64,000 nt of DNA from Acidimicrobiales bacterium (GTDB lineage Bacteria; Actinomycetota; Acidimicrobiia; Acidimicrobiales; Salinilacustritrichaceae), in assembly GCA_035529695.1 (NCBI GenBank), contig DATKWD010000108.1, positions 27,508-91,507 on the forward strand, given 5' to 3'. The position numbers and the translations under genes are program-made. Of this stretch, positions 28,696-39,000 are shown in pieces (the first letter of the stretch is position 1; every line of letters begins with the position of its first letter). The notes below the pieces were generated by a model that made no database searches, had not been told where the DNA came from, and saw only the letters and a list, made by a program, of their open reading frames with translations.

Positions 28696-29961
28696 ATGTC
28701 GACCGGCGACTCCTCACTGCGGATCGCGCTCCTCGCCTACCGTGGGAAACCTCACGTGGGCGGGCAGGGCGTCTACATCCGCCACCTGAGCAAGGCGTTG
28801 GTCGACCTCGGTCACCACGTCGAGGTCATCGGCGGCCAGCCGTACCCCGAACTCGACGACTGCGTGGGCCTCGTCGAGCTGCCGAGCCTCGACATCTACA
28901 ACGAGCACTTCCCGATGCGGATGCCCGGCGTCTGGGAGCTGAAAGAGCTCGCCGACTTCGCCGAAGTCACGTCGTTCTCGACCGGATCGTTTCCCGAGCC
29001 GCTCGCCTTCAGCATTCGAGCCTGGCAGTACCTGAAGGCCCGGCACGGCGAGTTCGACCTCGTGCACGACAACCAGTCCCTCGGCTACGGACTGCTGGGC
29101 ATCGAGCGGCTCGGGCTCCCCGTCATCGCCACGATCCACCACCCGATCACGGTCGATCGACGCCTCGAGATCGAGCACGCCGAAGGCTGGTACGAGAAGC
29201 TGACCCTGCGCCGTTGGTACGCGTTCACCAAGATGCAGACCCGCGTCGCCAAGCGCCTCCGCCGGGTGATCACGGTGTCCGAGAACTCCTTCGGCGACAT
29301 CAGCCGCGATCATCAGGTGTCACCCGACCGGATGGCCATCGTGCCGGTCGGGGTCGATCCCGACCTCTTCAAGCCGCTCGATCACGTGAAGCGGGTCCCG
29401 GGTCGCATGGTGACCACCGCCAGCGCCGACGTGACGATGAAGGGACTGCGCTACCTCCTCGAGGCCATGGCCAAGGTTCGCGTCGAACGTCCCGAGACCC
29501 ATCTCGTGGTGATCGGGCGCAAGAAGGAAGGCGGCGCGTCCGAGGCCGTCATCGAGCGGCTCGGACTCGAGGATGCCGTCGAGTTCATCACCGGCGTCCC
29601 CGAGCAACGGATCATCGAGCTCTACGGCGAAGCCGAACTCGCGGTGGTCCCGAGCCTGTACGAGGGGTTCTCGCTCCCGGCCATCGAGGCCATGAGTTGC
29701 GGCACGCCCTTGGTGGCCACCACCGGCGGCGCCATTCCCGAGGTGGTCGGCAACGACAACGAGACCGCGATGCTCGTCGAGCCCGGCGACAGCGAGGCCC
29801 TGGCGGCCAAGATCGCCCACGCCTTCGCCGACCCGGACCTGCGCGCCCGCATCGGGGATGCCGGGCGCCAGCGAGTGATCGACAACTGGAGCTGGCGCCA
29901 CACCGCCGAGCGCACCGTCGAGCAGTACCGGATCCTGCTCGACGAGCCCAAGGCGCCCTGA
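28696..29961 (+). CDS. Glycosyltransferase family 4 (GT-B, group 1)
   Basis: N-terminal RIALLAYRGKPHVGGQGVYIRHLSKAL and the C-terminal EX7E region PSLYEGFSLPAIEAMSCGTPLVAT. Confidence 0.85.
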   Translation: MSTGDSSLRIALLAYRGKPHVGGQGVYIRHLSKALVDLGHHVEVIGGQPYPELDDCVGLVELPSLDIYNEHFPMRMPGVWELKELADFAEVTSFSTGSFPEPLAFSIRAWQYLKARHGEFDLVHDNQSLGYGLLGIERLGLPVIATIHHPITVDRRLEIEHAEGWYEKLTLRRWYAFTKMQTRVAKRLRRVITVSENSFGDISRDHQVSPDRMAIVPVGVDPDLFKPLDHVKRVPGRMVTTASADVTMKGLRYLLEAMAKVRVERPETHLVVIGRKKEGGASEAVIERLGLEDAVEFITGVPEQRIIELYGEAELAVVPSLYEGFSLPAIEAMSCGTPLVATTGGAIPEVVGNDNETAMLVEPGDSEALAAKIAHAFADPDLRARIGDAGRQRVIDNWSWRHTAERTVEQYRILLDEPKAP

Positions 29962-29982
29962 CCGGCTGCGCGCCTCGATCCC

Positions 29983-30714
29983 ATGCTGACCGTCGACTAC
30001 CAACGCCTCGACCTCCAACCGGGACACCGCATCCTCGATCTCGGGTGCGGTGCGGGCCGCCATGCCTTCGAATCGTTGCGACGCGGCGCGAAGGTCACCG
30101 CCTTCGACTACGACGCGACCGAGCTCAAGGAGGTCATGAACCTCTTCGGCGCGATGGACGAGGTCGGCGAAACCGGCGCGGGCGGCGACGGTGCGGCCAC
30201 CAACGGCGACGCCGTCCGGCTGCCGTTCCCGAACGACACCTTCGATCGCATCATCGCCGCCGAGGTGCTCGAGCACATCCCCGACGACGACGGCGCCATG
30301 GCCGAGCTCGCCCGGGTGCTCAAGCCGGGCGGGATCCTCGCCGTCACGGTGCCGGCCTGGCTGTCCGAGCGGATCTGCTGGGCGATCACCGACGAGTACC
30401 ACGCGCCGTTCGTCGAAGGCGGCCACCTGCGCATCTACACCGAGGCCGGACTCCGCTCGCAGCTCCGTGACGCCGGCCTCGAGCCTCGAGGCGCACACCA
30501 CGCCCACGCGCTGCACGCCCCGTACTGGTGGTTGAAGTGCGCGGTCGGGGTCAAGAACGACGACCACCCGCTCGTGCAGGCCTACCATCAGCTCCTGGTG
30601 TGGGACATCACCAAGGCGCCGCTGGCAACCCGCGTCGCCGACGCGGTGCTCAACCCGGTGATCGGCAAGTCCATCATCGTCTACGCCCGCAAATCCGAAG
30701 GGCGGAACGCGTGA
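29983..30714 (+). CDS. Class I SAM-dependent methyltransferase (Methyltransf_11-like)
   Basis: Motif I ILDLGCGAGRH, then FDRIIAAEVLEHI and LKPGGILAV. Confidence 0.85.
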   Translation: MLTVDYQRLDLQPGHRILDLGCGAGRHAFESLRRGAKVTAFDYDATELKEVMNLFGAMDEVGETGAGGDGAATNGDAVRLPFPNDTFDRIIAAEVLEHIPDDDGAMAELARVLKPGGILAVTVPAWLSERICWAITDEYHAPFVEGGHLRIYTEAGLRSQLRDAGLEPRGAHHAHALHAPYWWLKCAVGVKNDDHPLVQAYHQLLVWDITKAPLATRVADAVLNPVIGKSIIVYARKSEGRNA

Positions 30715-31766
30715 CTGGGTCGACCTCTCACGTCCCCACCGTCGAGGGCCTGCTGACCGCGTCCGACGTCTCGGCGACCGTCGATGCGATCGCCTCGTGG
30801 CAACTGCCGTCGGGGATGATCCCGTGGTTTCCCGGTGGCCATGCCGACGCCTGGAACCACGTCGAGGCAGCGATGGCGCTGAGTCTCGGCGGGCGTCGCG
30901 AACAAGCCGATCGGGCCTTCGACTGGCTCATCGATCTGCAACGACCCGACGGCTCGTGGCACCAGTACTACGTCGACGACGGGGTCGAACAGGACAAGCT
31001 CGACGCCAACGTCATCGCGTACATCGCGGCCGGCGTGTGGCACCACCATCTGCTGTGGGAGGACGACACCTTCACCGAGCGGCTCTGGCCGGTCGTCGAG
31101 AAGGCGATCGACTTCGTGCTCGACCTCCAGACCCCACGGGGCGAGATCCTGTGGGCACGCCACGCCGACGGCACCCCGTGGAGCTTCGCCCTGCTCACCG
31201 GGTCGGCGAGCATCTGCCACAGCCTGCGGTGTGCGATCGCCGTGGCCGGCCACCTCGGGCACGAGCGACCCGACTGGGAGCTCTCCGCGGCGAAGCTGTC
31301 GAACGTCATCGCCAACGAGCCCGATGCCTTCGCGCCGAAGCACCGGTGGGCCATGGACTGGTACTACCCGGTACTCGGAGGGGTGCTCACCGGAGATGCC
31401 GGTCGAGCACGGCTCGATGAGCGGTGGGACACCTTCATCATGGACGGCCGCGGGGTGCGGTGCGTGTCCGACCGGCCGTGGGTCACCACTGCCGAGACCT
31501 GCGAGTGTGCCATGGCCTGCCTGGCCGTCGGCCAGGACGAGCGGGCGATGGATCTGTTCTCGTGGGCCCACAAGCTCCGCGAGGACAACGGCCGCTACTG
31601 GACCGGGATCGTGTTTCCCCAAGAGGTCCACTTCCCGGGCGAAGAACAGTCGACCTATTCGGCGGCTGCCGTGGTGCTCGCCGCCGACGCCATGTCGGGC
31701 ACGAGCAGCGCATCGAAGTTGTTCGTGAGCCACGACGACGTGCTGCCACCCCTCATCGATCTCTGA
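30711..31766 (+). CDS. (alpha/alpha)-toroid protein, prenyltransferase / terpene-cyclase-like
   Basis: Repeated QW-like segments (LQRPDGSWHQYY, TPRGEILWARHADGTPWS, EDNGRYWTG). A GTG start overlaps the preceding stop (GTGA at 30711-30714). Confidence 0.55.
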   Translation: MTGSTSHVPTVEGLLTASDVSATVDAIASWQLPSGMIPWFPGGHADAWNHVEAAMALSLGGRREQADRAFDWLIDLQRPDGSWHQYYVDDGVEQDKLDANVIAYIAAGVWHHHLLWEDDTFTERLWPVVEKAIDFVLDLQTPRGEILWARHADGTPWSFALLTGSASICHSLRCAIAVAGHLGHERPDWELSAAKLSNVIANEPDAFAPKHRWAMDWYYPVLGGVLTGDAGRARLDERWDTFIMDGRGVRCVSDRPWVTTAETCECAMACLAVGQDERAMDLFSWAHKLREDNGRYWTGIVFPQEVHFPGEEQSTYSAAAVVLAADAMSGTSSASKLFVSHDDVLPPLIDL

Positions 31767-31778
31767 CGAACCTCCGCA

Positions 31779-32435
31779 TCATTCAGATGCATTCGGGCCG
31801 GTCGCAGCAACCGGCTCGACAGCTTTCAGGACACGCAGGCTTCCGGTCGCCGACTCGGGCTCGAACCTTCCGCTGCCGAGCGCCCGGAGATAGATCTCGT
31901 ACGGCGGTTGGCCACCGTCGGCCGGGTCGGGGAACACGTCGTGGATGACCAGCCGCCCGCCGGGCCGCACGTGACGCACCCACAGGTCGTAGTCGCGATG
32001 TGCGGGCTCACGGCCGTGGCCGCCGTCGATGAAGAGCAGCGACAACGGGGTCGTCCAGTGGGCGCCGACCGTCGGCGAGTCGCCGACGAGTGCCACGACC
32101 GATCCCTCCAGGCCGGCCTCGTGAACGGTCCGTCGGAAGTGCGGCAGCGTGTCGATGCGCCCTGACACGTCATCGACCAGATCGGGTTCGTGCCATTCCC
32201 ACCCCGGCTGGTTCTCCTCACTCCCCCGGTGATGATCGAGCGCGAACAGGATGGTCTCTCGCTCCTGGGCCGCAGACCCGAGATAGACCGACGACTTGCC
32301 GCAGTACGACCCGATCTCGAGCATGGGCCCGTCGACGTCGAGCGTGGCCGCCGCGTCGTGGAGCGCAAGGCCCTCGTCGGGCGGCATGAAGCCACGGGCG
32401 GCCTCGGCGGCAGCTCGAAGCGCAGCGTCCATCAC
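31779..32435 (-). CDS. Class I SAM-dependent methyltransferase (Methyltransf_24 / OMT-like)
   Basis: MLEIGSYCGKSSVYLG, LLFIDGGHG and RPGGRLVIHDV. Confidence 0.75.
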   Translation of the reverse strand: MMDAALRAAAEAARGFMPPDEGLALHDAAATLDVDGPMLEIGSYCGKSSVYLGSAAQERETILFALDHHRGSEENQPGWEWHEPDLVDDVSGRIDTLPHFRRTVHEAGLEGSVVALVGDSPTVGAHWTTPLSLLFIDGGHGREPAHRDYDLWVRHVRPGGRLVIHDVFPDPADGGQPPYEIYLRALGSGRFEPESATGSLRVLKAVEPVAATGPNASE

Positions 32436-32463
32436 CGGAGTCTGTCAGCCCCCTGCGGAACCG

Positions 32464-32934
32464 TCAGGCGAACTCGGGGACCGAGGCCGGATCGGCCTGA
32501 GCCGAAGCCGTGTCGGCGCCGAACAGCATCGTGTCGAGCACGAGGTACTTCGCGACCCAGATGAGCCCGAACGCACCGATGTTCGCGACGTTCACCGCCA
32601 GGGGGTTCGTCCACACGCCGGCCACGACGGTGACCGCGATGGTCGAGAGCGCGAGTCCGAGCAGGCTGAACCCCCAGAACGGGAGCACTTCGCGACGGAA
32701 GTCGTTGCGTCCCCGCTTGCGCCAGACCCAGGCACGGTTGAGGAAGTACGCGGGCACCGAGGCAATCGACACTGCCAGCAGGTTGGTGACCGTCGGGGAG
32801 AGCCCCATCGGGCCGTGGAACGCCAAGATGAGCGCCTGGGTGATGACCACACCGATCACCGAGACGGCGGAATACTTGAGCGCCTTCACGCCGCCCTGCG
32901 CGACGGCTCGGCGAAACATCGCGCGCGGAGACAT
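32464..32934 (-). CDS. GtrA-family membrane protein
   Basis: A 156-aa, 4-TM protein with ALKYSAVSVIGVVITQALI...YFLNRAWVW...WVAKYLVLD, typical of GtrA. ATG 32934. Confidence 0.75.
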   Translation of the reverse strand: MSPRAMFRRAVAQGGVKALKYSAVSVIGVVITQALILAFHGPMGLSPTVTNLLAVSIASVPAYFLNRAWVWRKRGRNDFRREVLPFWGFSLLGLALSTIAVTVVAGVWTNPLAVNVANIGAFGLIWVAKYLVLDTMLFGADTASAQADPASVPEFA

Positions 32935-33040
32935 GTAGGCAGCATCGTACGCGCATTTTCGACCCTTGAGCGATTCAGGCCGATCGGCCCACCCTCGCCC
33001 CCGGCCCGAAGCCGGCCGGCACGCTTGTAGTGTCGGCGCG

Positions 33041-33895
33041 ATGTCCCAGGAAGCACTCGACGCGTTGATCGATCTGCTCGATCTCGAACCCATCGAGGTG
33101 AACATCTTCCGGGGCGTCTCGCCCGACGAGGATCGCCAACGGGTGTTCGGCGGACAGGTCGCCGGCCAGGCGCTCGTCGCAGCCGCACGCACCGTCGAGG
33201 ACTCGTTCGCGGTGCACAGTCTGCACTCGTACTTCCTGCGGCCGGGCGACCCCAACGTCCCGATCCTGTACGAGGTCGACCGCATTCGTGATGGTCGCAG
33301 CTTCACCACACGCCGGGTGGTCGCGATCCAGCACGGACGGGCAATCTTCAACCTGGCGGCCTCGTTCCACATCGCCGAGGAGGGCTTCGACCACCAAGCC
33401 GATGCGGGCCTCGACGCCGTGCCGGCCCCCGACGACCTCCCTGACTTCGACGAGCGCATGGCCCCGTACATCTCGGACGAACCATGGTTTCACCGGCCGC
33501 GTCCGATCGACAGCCGCTACGTCGACTGGAACCCACCGGACCGCAAGGAGTCCCTCGAGCCGCGCCAGCGGGTGTGGCTGCGTGCCGACGGCAGGCTCAC
33601 CGACGATCCGGTGATCCACCAGTGCATCCTCACCTACGCCTCGGACATGACCGTCCTCGACACGGCCCTGCTGCCCCACAGTGGAAGCTGGCACGACCCG
33701 AACATGTTCATGGCGAGCCTCGACCACGCCATGTGGTTCCACCGACCGTTCCGGGTCGACGAGTGGCTTCTGTACGACCAGGACAGCCCGACCGCCTCAG
33801 CGGGACGCGGCCTCGGACGCGGACTCATCTTCGACGCCTCCGGGCACCTCGTCGTGTCGGTCGTGCAGGAAGGGCTGCTCCGAGTCCTCCGCTGA
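33041..33895 (+). CDS. tesB: Acyl-CoA thioesterase II
   Basis: Double hot-dog fold: LDLEPIEVNIFRG...RQRVFGGQVAGQAL...VHSLHSYFLRPGD...DHAMWFHRP. Confidence 0.85.
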   Translation: MSQEALDALIDLLDLEPIEVNIFRGVSPDEDRQRVFGGQVAGQALVAAARTVEDSFAVHSLHSYFLRPGDPNVPILYEVDRIRDGRSFTTRRVVAIQHGRAIFNLAASFHIAEEGFDHQADAGLDAVPAPDDLPDFDERMAPYISDEPWFHRPRPIDSRYVDWNPPDRKESLEPRQRVWLRADGRLTDDPVIHQCILTYASDMTVLDTALLPHSGSWHDPNMFMASLDHAMWFHRPFRVDEWLLYDQDSPTASAGRGLGRGLIFDASGHLVVSVVQEGLLRVLR

Positions 33896-33904
33896 GCCGC
33901 CGGA

Positions 33905-34285
33905 TCAGACCGGTCGCAGCGAGAAGAACTCCGACGCCGCAGCCGGACCGGCCAGCCGGAGGTCGATGACCCCGTCGGCGTTCGCACGAAGCACCGTCGG
34001 TGCGGCGCGCACCGAGAGGGCGTCGCTGAGGTCGGGGCGTGAGCTCGCGTCGATCGCCGTCACGGTCGCGCTCGACTCGGTCGAGCGGAGGACGTCCACC
34101 ACCGGACCACAGGTCACGCACGTGGGGGTCGTGAACACGACCCAGGTCGGTCCAGGACCGCGGAGTTCGACCGGGAGCACGTCGGCGTCCCCCGTGACCT
34201 GCAGCCCGGCGAGGCGCCGCCGATAGCCCAGGTTCCCGAGGCCGACGAGCGTCACCACGAGGAGCACCAGCTGGACCCGCATCAT
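33905..34285 (-). CDS. Thioredoxin-like membrane-anchored protein
   Basis: An N-terminal TM helix (MMRVQLVLLVVTLVGL) and a CxxC in FTTPTCVTCGP. The start overlaps the upstream stop (ATGA at 34282-34285). Confidence 0.6.
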   Translation of the reverse strand: MMRVQLVLLVVTLVGLGNLGYRRRLAGLQVTGDADVLPVELRGPGPTWVVFTTPTCVTCGPVVDVLRSTESSATVTAIDASSRPDLSDALSVRAAPTVLRANADGVIDLRLAGPAAASEFFSLRPV

Positions 34286-34716
34286 CGGTGAGCCACCTCG
34301 ACGCCTGAACGGCGGGCCAGCAGCACGTAGATCTCGCACCCGACACAGATCCCGGTCGTGGCGGCCAGCCCTGCGAGCGCGGCGACCACCAGTGCGAGGG
34401 CCCAGGCCAGACCGGTGGCGCCGACGAGCAGCGCCACCGACGCGCCTGCGAGGAACACGACCCCCACCGCGGCGGCGAACCGCGGTGGGCGCGGGTCCTC
34501 GAGGAATGACGGCGCATCGAGCCTCGGCCCGATGACCTCTTTGAAGAAGCGCAGGGCTGGGCCGTAGTCGGAACCGAACGCCGCGCCGGCGAAGAGCACG
34601 AGGGCGAACACCGGGATCACGACGCGAGCGTCCACGACGAACCCCGCGAGCAAACCAACGGTGAGCACCGCCTGGTTGAAGCGGGGACCACGCGGATCGA
34701 TGGGAGTGGGCATCAC
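34282..34716 (-). CDS. DUF4395-like membrane protein
   Basis: A 4-TM protein with N-terminal IDPRGPRFNQ and a C-terminal CVGCEIY motif. Confidence 0.6.
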   Translation of the reverse strand: MMPTPIDPRGPRFNQAVLTVGLLAGFVVDARVVIPVFALVLFAGAAFGSDYGPALRFFKEVIGPRLDAPSFLEDPRPPRFAAAVGVVFLAGASVALLVGATGLAWALALVVAALAGLAATTGICVGCEIYVLLARRSGVEVAHR

Positions 34717-34727
34717 CCATCCTAAAC

Positions 34728-35783
34728 ATGACCCAACAGGTCAACATTCCCGAACGGGTGACGCGTCGTACGCTCAGGGACGTGACGTGGCACCGACGAG
34801 CGAGCACAGGGCTGGCCCTCGGTCTGCTGCTCAGCGCCTGCGCTGCCGGTGGCGCCGACGATGCCGGGGGCGGGGCGCTCTCGACCGGTGCGACTGCCAT
34901 CAGCACCACCAGCACCACGACACCTGCCGCCTCCTCGACAGATCGTGCCCCTGCTGCGCCTTCCACCGACCCGCCCTCGACCACGTCGACCACCGAGCGC
35001 TCGCCCGAACCACTGCGAACGCCGATGGCGGCCACCGAACCACGCGAGCTCGCGACCCAGATCGTCGAAGCCGAGGCCGAGATCCGCGACCCCGACACAC
35101 CACCGGACGTGCTGGCCAACGCGGGCCTGATGCAGCAGGTCGCCTATCGAGCCCTCGGAACTCATCCGGAGTGGGATGCGATCGTGCTCCAGAGCGTGCC
35201 CGAGGACCTCAGGCCGGCCGTGCTCCTCAACGTCGGGGCAAGGCGCCAGTTCCGCGGCATGCACACTCGACTCCAGGAGAACCTCCCCGCGTGGACCATC
35301 GTCGAACCGGTCCCGGCTGCCGAGTTGCTGCGCTCCTACCAGGAGGCCGAAGCCGAATTCGGCATCGAGTGGGAGTACCTCGCCGCCATCAACCTGGTCG
35401 AGACCGGCATGGGCCGCATTCGCGGAACCTCCTCCGCCGGCGCCCAGGGTCCCATGCAGTTCCTGCCGTCGACGTGGGACGCGTTCGGAGAGGGCGACAT
35501 CAACGACCCGCGCGACGCGATCTTCGGGGCCGCCCGGTACCTCCGCCACAACGGCGGTGCCGATGGCAACATCGCCGGGGCCCTGTTCCGGTACAACAAC
35601 CACCAGAACTACGTCCGCGGCGTCACCTCCTATGCCCTGGTGATGAAAGAGGACCCGCAGGCCTTCTTCGGCTTTCACCAGTGGCAGGTCGTGTTCCTCA
35701 CGGTCCGAGGCGACGTGATCTTGTTCCCCGGCTACGCCGAACCCGCGCCGGTTCCGGTGGACGAGTACCTCGCCCGCAGCTGA
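34728..35783 (+). CDS. Lytic transglycosylase domain lipoprotein
   Basis: Lipobox LLLSAC, a low-complexity S/T/P linker, and an SLT-like core with LAAINLVETGMG (catalytic Glu) and QGPMQFLPSTW. Confidence 0.75.
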   Translation: MTQQVNIPERVTRRTLRDVTWHRRASTGLALGLLLSACAAGGADDAGGGALSTGATAISTTSTTTPAASSTDRAPAAPSTDPPSTTSTTERSPEPLRTPMAATEPRELATQIVEAEAEIRDPDTPPDVLANAGLMQQVAYRALGTHPEWDAIVLQSVPEDLRPAVLLNVGARRQFRGMHTRLQENLPAWTIVEPVPAAELLRSYQEAEAEFGIEWEYLAAINLVETGMGRIRGTSSAGAQGPMQFLPSTWDAFGEGDINDPRDAIFGAARYLRHNGGADGNIAGALFRYNNHQNYVRGVTSYALVMKEDPQAFFGFHQWQVVFLTVRGDVILFPGYAEPAPVPVDEYLARS

Positions 35784-36020
35784 TCAGCCGGTCAGGCGGT
35801 CAGGCCGAACCCGAGCGCAAGTGGTGGACCTCGGCGGCCGATGCGGTACCGTGACGGCGTCACCGGCCGCCTGCGGGTCGCCGGTCGCCCTCGCCGGAGA
35901 GTGACCTTCGGCCGGAGGTGTTCCACCTCGCTGCTGCCAGGCCTGGGGGAACACCGATCGAAATCGGCGGCACACGTCGTCGATCCGAACGGAAAGCGAA
36001 AGCGCATCACCACCACCGCC

Positions 36021-39000
36021 ATGCCCGCGCCGAGTACCCAGGGCGAGTTCGAGCTCCTCGTCCAGGACCACCTCGACCAGATCGCCGACGACGCCGTCGA
36101 ATCAGTCCTGCGCGCCGACGAACAGCGTTGGCGGCGGACCCTGCAGCGCATCTTCGACGACGTCGATGACACCCTCTTCGACCTCCGCCGCGACTACCGC
36201 GGGCCCAACCGGGCCCAGGTGCTCGCCGACTTCGAGGACCAGCGGGCCCGGGTCGCCATCGTCCTCGGCTCGCTCGGCGACGACATCGACCTCGACGAGC
36301 TCGACGCGGTCGACGACGACCTCGTCACCCCGCCGGGCGAACGCGCCGCGACGCCGACCGAAACCGCTCCTCGCCCGAAGGACGGGGTCGCCCAGCTCCA
36401 GCTGTCGTGGACCCCCGGTCAGCTCATCGCCTGGTCGTCCGGTCCGAACGCTCGTCACGAGCGAACCGATGCGGTGCTGGCCCGGCTCGAGAAGATCGGC
36501 GGCGGTCAGCTCGGCTGGCAGGAGCGGCGCGCGGTCAAGGTCCCCGACGGAAGCCGCGCCGACGCCACCGAGACCGACATCATCAACGGCCTCGGCTGGC
36601 TCACCGCGCTGCGCACCGTGACCGACGACACCACCGGAGCGAGCGTCAGTTGGATGGGTGCGGTCGCCGCCCTCGCCGTGCAGCTCGCCACCCAGGGCCG
36701 CATGGTGCCGACCGTGAAGAAGCTCAAGCGTCGCCTCACCGACGAGCAGCGCGAGAAGCAGCTCGCGTCCTACGTCGTGCGGTGGGTGCCGGCGCTCATC
36801 GAGGAAGCCGAACTCACGGCCCTGGCCGAGAGCCTTCCGCCGGCGGTCACCGTGCTCGAGAACCGCCGCGACGCGAAGGCGTTCACGATCGCCGTGCTCT
36901 CCGACCTCATCGACGCCGTGTGCTGCACCGCCGCGGCACGCCTCGAGACGCCGGCACCCCCCGAGGACCCGCGGACCAAGACCGATGTGTCCGAGGTCAT
37001 GCTGGCGAATCTCGACGGCAAGATCTTCGACGCGCCGAGCCGGTACGGCTCGGAGATCGCGAGCCGGATCGATCGTTGGAGCCGCCCGATCACCGGGCCC
37101 CTCAGCGTGAAGCTCACCGTGTTGCTCGACCCGCCCGGCGACGCCAACGACTGGTACCTCGCCGTCAAGGCCCCCGGCCCCGACGGTGACCTCGAACCGA
37201 TCGAGTCGGCCATGGTCAACTCGGGATCGGGCCGCGGCAAGGACCTCCAGGACCACCTCACCCGCCTCGAACGGCTCTTCCCGCCGTTGCTGCGCCCCGG
37301 CGCCCGGCGACGCGGCGAGGTGATCCTCAGCCAGGACGAGGCATGGCAACTCATGAGCGGCACCGGCGATGCGCTGATGGCCGCCGGCTACGACGTCAGG
37401 ATCCCGCTGCTCGGGAAGGGAAAGCCGGCCCCGTCGCTGAAGCTGACCGCCGACGACGCCGACGAGTCGGTGGTCGGTGCGCAGCAACTCGCCAACGTCA
37501 GCTGGTCGGCCGTGTTCGACGACGTCGAACTCACGGCCGAGGACATCCGGGCGCTCGCGGCCGAGGCTCGGCCACTCGTCCAGTCACGCGGCCGCTGGGT
37601 CGAGCTCGACAAGGCCGATCTGGCTGCAGCCGCCCGTGCCCTCGCCGACCGCGCCGACACCTCGCGACTCACCGGCGCCGACATGCTGCGCCACGCCCTC
37701 GGCCTCGAGGGCTCGCCGCTCTCGGGTGGCATCTCGCTCGGCGGCGAGGGCTGGGCCGCCGATCTGCTCCGCAGTGCGGGTGACATCCCTGACGACCTCC
37801 CCACCAGCCCCGACGGGTTCGAGGGCGAGCTGCGCCACTACCAGGCCGAGGCCCTGGCATGGCTCCAGTTCCTCGACCGCTCGGGCCTCGGTGGCTGCCT
37901 CGCGCTCGACATGGGCCTCGGCAAGACCCCGACCATGCTCGCCGACATCCTCTCCTCGACCAGCGACGGGCCGTCGCTGGTGATCGCACCGCCGGCCGTC
38001 GTCGGGAACTGGGCGGTCGAGGCCCGCCGCTTCACCCCTGGTCTCGACGTCGTCGTACACCACGGACCGAACCGCGTCGATGCGGCGAGGTTCGACGCCA
38101 TGGCGAACCAGGCCGATCTGGTCATCACCACCTACGGGACGGCCGTCCGCGATGTCGACGCGCTCGAGAAGGTCGCCTGGGGCAAGGTCGTGCTCGACGA
38201 GGCCCAGGCCATCAAGAACCCGGCCAGCGACACCGCCCAACAATTACGGCGGATCCCGGCCCGCACTCGCCTCGCGCTGACCGGAACCCCGATCGAGAAC
38301 GGCCTCGGCGACCTGTGGGCGATCCTCGACTTCGCCAATCCGGGCCTCGTCGGACCGCGGGCGTCGTTCATCGCGAGTCTCTCCGAGGCCGGCACCGGCA
38401 AGGACGCCGCCGAGCGGGCCCTCCGTGCGCTCAACGGCATCCTCGTGTTCCGCCGCACCAAACTCGAGCCGGCCATCGCCGCCGAGCTGCCCGATCGCAT
38501 CGACGAGCTCGACCACTGTGCGATGACCGCCGAACAGATCGGCCTCTACCAGGCCGTGCTCGACGACCTGGTTCGCGAAACCGCCGACGACGGCACGCCG
38601 CAACGCAAGGGCGCCGTCCTGGCCGCGATCACCGCGCTCAAGCAGATCTGCAACCATCCGGTGAATTTCCAACCCGACGACGACGGTCCGATCGAGGGCC
38701 GGTCGGGCAAGCTGGCCCGTCTCGACGAGATCCTCGAGACGGTGTTCGCGGCGGGCGAACGGGTCCTGGTGTTCACCCACTTCGCCTCGTGGGGCGAGCG
38801 GCTCGCCGTGCACCTGAGCGAACGCTTCGACATGCACGTTCCCTGCTACCACGGCGGCCTCGGCCGCGGGGCCCGCGACAAACTCGTCAGTACCTTCCAG
38901 GAGGGCACCGGGGCGGGAGCCATGGTCCTGTCGCTGAAGGCAGGCGGCACCGGACTCAACCTCACCGCAGCCAACCACGTGGTGCTCTACGACCGCTGGT

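Noticed and set aside
35841-36020. Possible 60-aa N-terminal extension of the SNF2 helicase
   Set aside because: The extension is R-rich (RLRVAGRPRRRVTFGRR) with mixed third-position bias and predicted hairpins. ATG 36021 is preferred, but the longer start is not excluded.
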